Shown: one piece after another, positions 28,524 to 36,301 of the stretch
Numbering within the stretch: the first letter of the stretch is position 1
How the letters are laid out: every line of letters begins with the position of its first letter
Source of the DNA: Actinomycetota bacterium
Lineage (GTDB): Bacteria; Cyanobacteriota; Cyanobacteriia; Cyanobacteriales; Microcoleaceae
Direction: 5' to 3'
DNA length: 36,301 bases
Assembly (NCBI GenBank): GCA_050262755.1
Contig: JBLNEP010000122.1
Location: 1 to 36,301 of the forward strand
Notes under the pieces: generated by a model
What the model was told of the DNA's origin: nothing
The model's database searches: none
The model's input: only the letters and a program-made list of their open reading frames with translations
Position numbers and translations under genes: made by a program

Positions 28524-29057
28524 TTAATCGCTGTCAATTTCCTGGCGGTAATGGGCCTCAAAGGAAATGAGAGTGCGATCGATGAGTTGCATCTGTGCGC
28601 GAATTGCTTCGGCATTTCCCCATACGAGTTCGCGATCGCCACGAGAAGCCACCTCAGCCTCCACAAGCTGGCAGTAATCATCGCCAGCACGAGCGACAAA
28701 GAAACCGTAGGTGTGGCAGGCGATCGGCCGTGATTCGTAGATTAAACAAGCTCCCTCATTTTCGTCGAGATAGGGGCACACAACCGGGGCATCCAAGCTG
28801 TTAGCAGCGATTTTTGTTAAGAGTGCATCAATTCTCTGCTGGACTTCGGCGCGGAGTCTTGGGGGAAGTTCTGCCACTGCTTCATCAATGCGTAGCCATT
28901 CACAGGCACTGAGTTCAGGAGGACGAGCTAGTTGTCGGCAGCAGCGATCGCAGCCTCGACGGCAAGGCCACCAGTCACGAGTTGCACGAATCTCTTCTAC
29001 CCTCGCTGCGATGCGCTGGTCAAGAATCTGCAATTTTTGTCGGGCTTCGGTCATCAA
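28524..29057 (-). CDS. YkgJ-family (UPF0153) putative Fe-S/zinc-binding CxxCxxCC protein
   Basis: CRRGCDRCCRQ and a second CPYL…GACLIY.SRPIACHTY motif. RBS AGGAG about 9 nt upstream. It lies 24 bp downstream of the large kinase gene on the same strand. Confidence 0.7.
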   Translation of the reverse strand: MMTEARQKLQILDQRIAARVEEIRATRDWWPCRRGCDRCCRQLARPPELSACEWLRIDEAVAELPPRLRAEVQQRIDALLTKIAANSLDAPVVCPYLDENEGACLIYESRPIACHTYGFFVARAGDDYCQLVEAEVASRGDRELVWGNAEAIRAQMQLIDRTLISFEAHYRQEIDSD

Positions 29058-29081
29058 ATACTACTCCTAATATCAAGTCTA

Positions 29082-32000
29082 TCAACAAGGTAAAAGGATT
29101 GTTAATTCTGTTCCCTCTTCGGGTTTAGATTCACACAGTAACTGACCGCGGTGCTGTTCTACCACAATTTGATAGCTGATTGCCAATCCTAATCCAGTTC
29201 CCTTTCCTATCGGTTTAGTGGTAAAGAAAGGATCAAAAATTTTTGCTGCAATCTCTGGAGTCATTCCCTTCCCATTATCAGCAATGCAGATGGCAACTCG
29301 ATCGTTTTTTCTTAATTCTGTACGAATCCAAATAGTAGGATTCTGAGTCAAACTTACTTGATGTCCCACTCCTTGAGATAAAATATCAATTGCATTCGTG
29401 AGGATATTCATAAATGCTTGATTCAAGTCACCAGCATAACAGTTGACTAATGGTAAATTGCCATAATTTTTTATTACCTGAATATGATTTAACTTTTGAT
29501 GCAAAATCATTAAGGTACTATCCAGACCCTCATGAATATTCACTGCCTTGAGTTCAGATTCATCCAATCGAGAAAAACTTCGTAAAGACAGAACCATATC
29601 CCGAATTCTTGCTGCTCCCAGCCGCATGGAATCAAGCATTTTTTGCATATCCACTTTCAAGAAATCTAGCTCTATTTCTTCGGAATGCGCAACAATTTCT
29701 TCCACCGGGTTTTGGTAATGTTTTTGGTAGAGTTCGATTAAATTAATTAACATTTTAGCATATTCTGAGGTATGATGAAGATTGCCATAAATAAAATTAA
29801 TCGGATTATTAATTTCATGAGCAACTCCTCCTACAAGTTGTCCCAGGCTAGACATTTTTTCACTTTGAATCAGTTGTAATTGAGTCCGTCGCAGCTCTTC
29901 TAAAGTATTTTGCAATTCCTGGGTTCTTTGAGAAACACGGGTTTCTAACGTGGTGTAAAAACGGGCATTTTCCAGAGAAATAGCAGCCTGAGCTGACAGC
30001 AGCCCCAGAACTTCTAGCCTCTCCTTGGTAAAGGCTCCTCTCGTTAAATTATTTTCCAAATACAAAATTCCTGTCAAGTTTCCTTGATGAATAATCGGTG
30101 ATACGAGGACAGATAACGGTTGATTTTTTTTAATGTAAGGATCGGCATTAAATTGTTGCACCTGGGTAGCATTATCCAAGACTAAGGAAGTGCGTGTTCT
30201 TTCGACATAGTGAATCAGAGAAGTTGGTAAAAGATCGCATTCAGTGAGAGGAATTGACTGCAAAATTGTTATGCTTTCTGTACCAGTTAGGGAAGCTTCT
30301 ATAACTAAATCTTCCGCAGACTTAGCAATGAAAAATACTTTTTGCGCTCCGGCATTTTCCTTGACAAGGTGCATGAGTTTTTCTAGGAGGTTGCTAAGCA
30401 CAATTTCTTCAGAAAGAGATTGAGAAGCTCTCACGACTGTGGACATATCAAGAGAGAAAGTATTGTAAGCAGTTGTTGAAGTCACTCCCGTATCATTCTC
30501 TCGATTTCTGGTTTGTAAAACCTGAACTTTTAAATAAGGATATTGAAATTCTAAGTCATTTACTTTGGCTGTAGCTCCCCAGTGAATGTAGGCATAATAA
30601 GCTTCAGTCAAGTATAACTTCGCTATTTTGTCTTTACCCAGAGCGAAGTAGAATTCTGCGGCTCGTTCATTCGCTAGGGCTTCTTCAGGAAGAGAAGCAT
30701 TGCTTGCAGCTTGTTGAATAGCCAGATCGTAATAATCCATTGCTTCTAGTTTATTCCCTAAAACTCTGGCTCTCTCCGCTGCAACTAAATAATATCTCTG
30801 TTGATAATTTTCTGGGGATGATTCTGCCCATTTTTTCAGGATTTTTTGATTCTGTTCTACAATCACTAAATATTGTTCTTTAGCTTCCGTATCAGGATAG
30901 TGAGCGAGGAGAGAGAGGGAATAGTAAAAGTTATGGATACCAACGGTGATTAAACCAATGGCGGCTTCCGAGTATTTGGTTGCTAGCTCAGCATTGACCA
31001 CCGCCAGATCGTATTCTCTAAATAGATACAAAAGCATTAATTTTGCCACATAGGCAGCAAATAGCGACATCTGATTATTTTCTTGCTGCCAGCGCCCTAG
31101 CATCGTAGCTTCATTAAAATTTTCGCTATTAAGCTGAATTTTATCAGTAGCTTTTCCGGCTAAATTGAGTGTTGCTTGTTGCCAAATTTTTGCATAATAC
31201 TCAGCAAAATCATGTTTATTTTTTTGAATGAATTTTATATAAGTTTCTTGCTGACGCTCCACAGAATCTAGTGGCTCACCAGTCAAAAATAAATTTGTAC
31301 AGTAGTGCTTAGCATTATAAATCGCCCACTCTAAATCGCCTGTTTCTAAACCGCTTTTAAAACCTTCTAGAAATGCAGGTAGCGTGTTTTTCGCGTTTTC
31401 CTTCCAAATTCTAATATGACCGTTAAACATTACATAAACTCTAGCTTTCTGTTCTTTAGCTGAAAACTGTTCCAGCAGTTTTAATGCTAAAAGTCCAGCA
31501 TAGTACCCCTGTTCTATGTCTCCTTTGACCCCACAAAGAATCATGCCATAAAGCGTATAAGGAAAAGCAGCTAATCCACAATGACCATGTTCCAAACAAA
31601 GGTTGACCATTGTTGAAATCACTTGTGGCAGAATTTCAGGTTTAGCAATATAAGCAGGAGGATAGAGAGCCATCAGAATTCGCAAGGCTGCTTGAGGAAG
31701 AGGTTCTGTCATGACGGGGATACTCTCTATGTCCTCAATTTGAGGCAATTGCAGTGCTGCTTGGCGATCGGATTCGGAATTCAGCAAATCTACTCCAAGC
31801 AGTGCCAAAACTTGCAGTCCAGTATTGACAGCTTTGAGCATTTGACTTTGCGCTTGATTAAACTGAATTTTGAGTTCATAAATTTTTACACAGTCGAGTA
31901 AAGTTTTCGCTTTTTCTAAAACGATCTCAGCTAGAGACTCTGCTTGCTCAAAATTGGCACTTAAGTATTCTACTTCTACGGCTTCTACAAATAATTGCAA

Positions 32001-34415
32001 CGTTAAGTGATAACAATCAACCCAGCTATCAGGGGATAAAAGCGATAAACCAACCTTAAAATATTTAGTAGCCGGTTCATAGGCGGTGGCAGCTTTTGCC
32101 TTACGTCCAGCGCTCAGATTTAATTGAATTAGCTCATCTTTTTCCTGTTGAAGATTGAGTTTATTAATACCCGCATTTAATTGATTAACAATATCAAAAA
32201 TGTTATCTTCTAATTGCTCAGGTGGAATATGTTGTAATAGTAACTGACCAATTTTAAAATGAGTTGCTTGTTTTTCCTCGTCAGGAATCAGTGAATAGGC
32301 TGCTTGCTGCACTCGGTCATGTAAAAACTTATAGCCGACCCGCTTCGGATCAAAGGTCAAAGGAATAACTTCTTCTTGCTCAGGATGAAAATTTAAAGGA
32401 AGCCGATAAGCTTCGCTCAAGGGAAGGATCAACCCTGCTTGTAAGGCATCCCACAATTGATTAGCAGTGACTGATGGAGATGTTTCGTTAACAATTGAGA
32501 GGATATCAAGAGTAAAACGAGCGCCGACACAAGCAGCTAATTTTAAGATGTTTTGTGTTGCTTTTGGGAGTTTTTTTATCCGACTAACAATCAATTCCAC
32601 CACACTCTTATCTGTGATGCCAATTGCTTGAATTTCTTCTAAATTCCACTGCCAGGAAGTGTTTTCAAAATCAAACCTCAAGAGATTTTCTTGATAAAGT
32701 GCACTGAGTAATTGGGTCACAAAAAATGGATTTCCCCCTGTTTTGTTCCAGATTAACTCCCCGATAGGCTCTACCTGTTTACTACCCTGAAGGGTTTCAG
32801 CTACTAACTGTGTAACCTGTTTTAAATTTAAGGGTTTCAGTAGGAAGTTACTAACAAAAGTTCCGGATTTTTGCAAGGCTTCTAATGTCTGATTTAAAAG
32901 ATGGTCTGGACTTACTTCATTATCCCGATAAGCTCCAATTAAAAGTAAATATTTACTATCTTTATCGCCCATCAGTAATTGCAGAATTTTTAAAGTCGCT
33001 GAATCCGCCCATTGCAAGTCATCTAAAAATATTACTAACGGATGCTCTTTCTGAGTAAAAACATGAATAAATTGTCTAAAGACTCTGTTAAAACGGTTTT
33101 GTGCTTCAGTTGGCGCCAGTTCTGCTACTGCTGGCTGTTGACCAATGATTAATTCTAATTCTGGAAGCACTTCAATCACGAGCTGTCCATTATTTTCGAG
33201 AGCTTTTAAGAGTTTTTCTTTCCAGTTTTGTAATTTTTCTTGGCTCTCAGTTAATAACTGCTGCATTAACGATTGAAAAGCTTGAATCAAGGAAGAATAG
33301 GGAATGTTTCGCTTGAATTGATCGAATTTACCCGAAATAAAATAACCCTTGTGCTGAGTAATGGGTTTGTGTACTTCATAGACGACGGCTGATTTACCAA
33401 TTCCTGAATAACCAGAAACTAGCATCATTTCACTTTGACCCTGACTGACTCGCTCAAATGCAGTTAATAATTGCGCGACTTCAGCTTCCCTCCCGTAAAG
33501 TTTCTGTGGAATCATCAGTTGCCCTGAGCGATCAATTTGTCCAGGTATAAAATCAGTAATTTCTCCTTGTTTTTGTAATTGTTTGAAACAAAGTTCGAGG
33601 TCTGTTAAGAGCCCGGTCGCACTTTGATAGCGTTCTTCTGCATTTTTTGCCATCAATTTTAAGATAATAGATGCAACCGCCTGCGGAATTTCCGGGTTGA
33701 TTTCTCGCGGGTTAATCGGTTGTGACGCCATATGGAAATAAACTAATTCCAACGGGTCATTGCTGATAAAAGGTAATCTCCCTGCTAGCATTTCATACAA
33801 ACTCACACCTAGGGAATAAAAATCGCTTCGATAATCAAGACTTCGATTCATTCTCCCGGTTTGCTCAGGAGACATATAAGTAAATGTACCCGCTAAAGAG
33901 TTGGGATGATGAAGTGGCAGAGTTTCTTTAGACAGGTGCGAAGCAATACCAAAGTCTGTCAGCTTAACCAGTCCTGTTTGGACGTTAATGATGATGTTAC
34001 TTGGTTTAATATCTTTATGAATAATGTGATGCTGATGCAGGTATTTTAAAGCTTTAGCCAGTTGAATTCCTATGCTTAAGCAGGCGAGGGGAGAGAGGGT
34101 TTCTCTTGATAGCACTTGTGCCAGCGATTCGCCACCAAAGTCTTCTAGGAAAAGTCCTAAACGTTGATTAAAAATTTTGAGGTGAATCGCTTTGACAAGA
34201 TGGGGATGCTCTAAATGTTTACTGATATTAAATTCGTGCTTGAGTTCAGCAATTGCTTTGAAACTCGGATACTCAGCTTTGAGCATTTTTAGGATGATTG
34301 GCTGATGATCCGTTAATTTTTTTACTCGCTGAACGATGGTTTCCGTTCCTTCGTAGAGAGTAGAAATAACCTGATATTCGCCAAAGTTTAACATAAAATT
34401 TTCCTGCTTAAACAA
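29082..34415 (-). CDS. Hybrid Ser/Thr protein kinase - AAA_16 NTPase - helical/TPR-like - GAF - histidine kinase (HstK-like sensor)
   Basis: Ser/Thr kinase motifs: [25 protein letters not shown]. Walker [20 protein letters not shown]-like region. HisKA H-box [12 protein letters not shown]. HATPase_c N/G1/G2 boxes [24 protein letters not shown]. No receiver domain. Confidence 0.88.
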   Translation of the reverse strand: MFKQENFMLNFGEYQVISTLYEGTETIVQRVKKLTDHQPIILKMLKAEYPSFKAIAELKHEFNISKHLEHPHLVKAIHLKIFNQRLGLFLEDFGGESLAQVLSRETLSPLACLSIGIQLAKALKYLHQHHIIHKDIKPSNIIINVQTGLVKLTDFGIASHLSKETLPLHHPNSLAGTFTYMSPEQTGRMNRSLDYRSDFYSLGVSLYEMLAGRLPFISNDPLELVYFHMASQPINPREINPEIPQAVASIILKLMAKNAEERYQSATGLLTDLELCFKQLQKQGEITDFIPGQIDRSGQLMIPQKLYGREAEVAQLLTAFERVSQGQSEMMLVSGYSGIGKSAVVYEVHKPITQHKGYFISGKFDQFKRNIPYSSLIQAFQSLMQQLLTESQEKLQNWKEKLLKALENNGQLVIEVLPELELIIGQQPAVAELAPTEAQNRFNRVFRQFIHVFTQKEHPLVIFLDDLQWADSATLKILQLLMGDKDSKYLLLIGAYRDNEVSPDHLLNQTLEALQKSGTFVSNFLLKPLNLKQVTQLVAETLQGSKQVEPIGELIWNKTGGNPFFVTQLLSALYQENLLRFDFENTSWQWNLEEIQAIGITDKSVVELIVSRIKKLPKATQNILKLAACVGARFTLDILSIVNETSPSVTANQLWDALQAGLILPLSEAYRLPLNFHPEQEEVIPLTFDPKRVGYKFLHDRVQQAAYSLIPDEEKQATHFKIGQLLLQHIPPEQLEDNIFDIVNQLNAGINKLNLQQEKDELIQLNLSAGRKAKAATAYEPATKYFKVGLSLLSPDSWVDCYHLTLQLFVEAVEVEYLSANFEQAESLAEIVLEKAKTLLDCVKIYELKIQFNQAQSQMLKAVNTGLQVLALLGVDLLNSESDRQAALQLPQIEDIESIPVMTEPLPQAALRILMALYPPAYIAKPEILPQVISTMVNLCLEHGHCGLAAFPYTLYGMILCGVKGDIEQGYYAGLLALKLLEQFSAKEQKARVYVMFNGHIRIWKENAKNTLPAFLEGFKSGLETGDLEWAIYNAKHYCTNLFLTGEPLDSVERQQETYIKFIQKNKHDFAEYYAKIWQQATLNLAGKATDKIQLNSENFNEATMLGRWQQENNQMSLFAAYVAKLMLLYLFREYDLAVVNAELATKYSEAAIGLITVGIHNFYYSLSLLAHYPDTEAKEQYLVIVEQNQKILKKWAESSPENYQQRYYLVAAERARVLGNKLEAMDYYDLAIQQAASNASLPEEALANERAAEFYFALGKDKIAKLYLTEAYYAYIHWGATAKVNDLEFQYPYLKVQVLQTRNRENDTGVTSTTAYNTFSLDMSTVVRASQSLSEEIVLSNLLEKLMHLVKENAGAQKVFFIAKSAEDLVIEASLTGTESITILQSIPLTECDLLPTSLIHYVERTRTSLVLDNATQVQQFNADPYIKKNQPLSVLVSPIIHQGNLTGILYLENNLTRGAFTKERLEVLGLLSAQAAISLENARFYTTLETRVSQRTQELQNTLEELRRTQLQLIQSEKMSSLGQLVGGVAHEINNPINFIYGNLHHTSEYAKMLINLIELYQKHYQNPVEEIVAHSEEIELDFLKVDMQKMLDSMRLGAARIRDMVLSLRSFSRLDESELKAVNIHEGLDSTLMILHQKLNHIQVIKNYGNLPLVNCYAGDLNQAFMNILTNAIDILSQGVGHQVSLTQNPTIWIRTELRKNDRVAICIADNGKGMTPEIAAKIFDPFFTTKPIGKGTGLGLAISYQIVVEQHRGQLLCESKPEEGTELTILLPC

Positions 34416-35536
34416 GATATGATTGGCTCAATAGAGTCATGACTCTCTATTATATAAAACTTTCCCAAAAAAACCAGATTTTCCGAGGAAGCGTGAATCA
34501 AAAACTGATAAACAATTGGCTGCTTGGGAGGCGCTTCTTGGATGAGAAGTTGCAAGCTAGCGAGAATGCTTCAACCACAAGGTTTGCTGCCGAAGGCGAC
34601 AGGTTTCGACTTCGGTGAGGTCTACAAGACCTACTACCGAGAGTTGGCAATGATGTTGAATGTGGTGATGATCCGGGTGAGCGGTCGCTATGACTAGCTA
34701 GAAAACTAATTGAAGCAGCAGTAGGCACTCGTGAAATGTTTACCTTCCTCATAGACTACTATAGCTTACCTAATCTGATGCTACTCTAGATCCACGCTTC
34801 TCCTCTGGAGTTGCTGATGGAGATTTTGGAGCAGCTATTATTGCCTGTATTGCCTGCGCGATTACATCTGTGAGGTGAGAATCGTGCAGAGTTTATCACT
34901 TTGATAGGTCAGACCCTTTCTAGTCTACTAGCTTGGCTTTGAACAAAGGGGATATTTCTGAGAGTACAAGTTCCAGACAGAACCACTGGAGAAATATCTG
35001 AGGTGGTTAGAGACACAACTAGGGAGTGAATCCATCAAAGAATAGATAGTCGTTAGAAGTCAATGTCTCAGGGAAAGCACAGCCAATTTCAAGAAAAATG
35101 AGTTACGGTAATCGAGGAACTGTTACAAGAAGCGCCAAAAATTTGGCTGATTCCCCACTTGGTTTCTGATTGACAGCTCGCGATCAGTGAGCAATTTGGT
35201 TAGTTAAAGTTGTCAGTTTATCGACCCTTTTTGTCTGGACTTGCCGATCGAGAGTCTGAATCCATCACTGGCAGGCATCCCCCCTTCCGCATCGACTACA
35301 CAGAGCATAACTAACCTGAGTTCGGGATAACGCTCTTCTGGGTTCTGGGGCAGGACTGTTTCCGTATCAGCTGTGGCGATCGCTACACCCCAAAGCCGGA
35401 GCCGATTCTACTGTAGCGTAAGGGTTTCAGGATCTTCTCTCGCCCTCCGGGACACTCATTGCGCTCGGCGGTGGATAAAAAAAGGAGGAGCTGTGTATGC
35501 TGAAATCTGCCAAAAAACATTCAGCCAGCCCCGAGT

Positions 35537-36301
35537 ATGTCTAGTTTAGAAGAACTTTTCTGTGAGCTCGATGATGGGTGTCAACAGTTTGAATCCCAGT
35601 GGCAAAAAACCTTGCTGGAGAACGGGGCCCGGAAACGCCATCGCCCTCGCGCCCTGTGCCTGAGCGAAATCCTGACGATTCTGGTAGCCTTTCACCAACA
35701 GCATTACCGGGATTTCAAGTATTACTATCTCCAGCAGACCTGTGTATATTGGAGAGAGGCATTTCCCCGCTTGGTCAGCTACAACCGATTTAGGGAATGG
35801 ATGCCTTCGACACGATTGCCCTTATGCGTTTACCTCAAACATTGTTTTGGCTGTTGCACTGGCATCAGCTTGATTGATAGTACGAGTCTCAAGGTCTGTC
35901 ACAATCGTCGCATCTGGCGTCCGGAGAGTTTTTACCTCATTGGCAGCCAGAGGTAAAACCTCTGTAGATTGGTTCTATGGGTTTAAGTTGCATCTGGTAG
36001 TTAATGAGCTTGGAGAACTGCTCAATGTCACTTTAACTCCCGGAAATAGTGACGCTCGTCAGCCGGTTCCCGAGTTGCTCAAAAACTTATTGGGCAAGGT
36101 ATTTGCTGATCGAGGCTATGTTTCTCAGGCCCTGGCAGAACACTTATTTAAAGCCTATGGTTTGGAGTTTTTTGCCAAGCCCAAACGTAACATGAAAAAC
36201 CGATTAATGCGTTTAACTGACACATTACTTTCCCGCCAGCGCTCGATTATTGAAACGATTATCGACCCGCTGAAGAACATTTCTCAGGTAGAAATAGGAA
36301 C
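35537..36301 (+). pseudogene. IS982-family transposase gene, interrupted by a +1 frameshift near 35915-35925 and truncated by the window end
   Basis: Frame A (35537-35956): MSSLEELFCELDDGCQQFE…LSEILTILVAFHQQHYRDFKYYYL…FPRLVSYNRF…CTGISLIDSTSLKVCHNRRI. The homology continues in another frame: RRVFTSLAARGKTSVDWFYGFKLHLVVNELGELLNVTLTPGNSDARQPV…FADRGYVSQAL…NMKNRLM…RQRSIIETIIDPLKNISQVE. These are hallmarks of IS982 transposases. Confidence 0.7.
35537..36301 (+). mobile_element. Partial IS982-family insertion sequence. Left terminus undetermined (somewhere upstream of 35537); right end lies beyond the window.
   Basis: Transposase homology as above. Terminal inverted repeats cannot be defined from one end only. 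Confidence 0.6.

Noticed and set aside
34498-34752. 84-aa minus-strand ORF
   Set aside because: Ser/Pro/Arg-rich low-complexity translation, no RBS, no homology. More likely non-coding or a decayed fragment.
35599-35793. 64-aa ORF in an alternate frame inside the transposase gene
   Set aside because: Shadow ORF within the IS982 transposase coding region.
1-36301. CRISPR arrays, rRNA and tRNA genes
   Set aside because: No regularly spaced direct repeats with unique spacers. No rRNA-like conserved stretches. No T-loop (GGTTCGAATCC-like) plus acceptor-stem pattern seen in the ORF-free regions. A tRNAscan run would be the definitive check.

Overview
This 36.3 kb window looks like a cyanobacterial chromosomal segment. 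HIP1 octamers (GCGATCGC) recur throughout, including inside genes (e.g. 681-688, 901-908, 4641-4648, 22270-22277, 23105-23112, 23524-23531). Gene order, from homology I recognise by eye:
- SIMPL/DUF541 periplasmic protein (-).
- DUF4278-like membrane protein (+), DUF1232/YkvA (+), NQO1-type NAD(P)H:quinone oxidoreductase (+).
- An unusual four-gene block, 3994-10702. It contains a LuxR-HTH + TIR-like + PF14516-type NTPase fusion (+) and a second PF14516 NTPase (+). Converging on these are a CHAT (caspase-like)-CHASE2 membrane protein (-) and a DUF1822-like protein (-).
- A 1914-aa lipoprotein alpha-2-macroglobulin (-), divergent from a PBP1C-type penicillin-binding protein (+).
- DUF3574-like protein (-), NifX/NifB-type FeMo-cofactor-binding protein (+), a truncated UbiH/Coq6-type monooxygenase fragment (+), ModD/NadC-family protein (+).
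- A full-length homolog of the eukaryotic major vault protein (-), carrying HIP1 sites.
- Two small hypothetical genes (-), cyanase cynS (+), a secreted repeat protein with a peptidoglycan-binding domain (+), a YkgJ-family CxxCxxCC protein (-).
- A 1777-aa hybrid Ser/Thr-kinase-NTPase-GAF-His-kinase (HstK-like) (-).
- A frameshifted IS982-family transposase that runs off the 3' end.
I saw no rRNA or CRISPR array; no tRNA was found by eye in the ORF-free gaps. The two most interesting items are the TIR/NTPase/CHAT-CHASE2/DUF1822 block, a candidate NTP-dependent conflict or regulated-cell-death module, and the bacterial major vault protein homolog.
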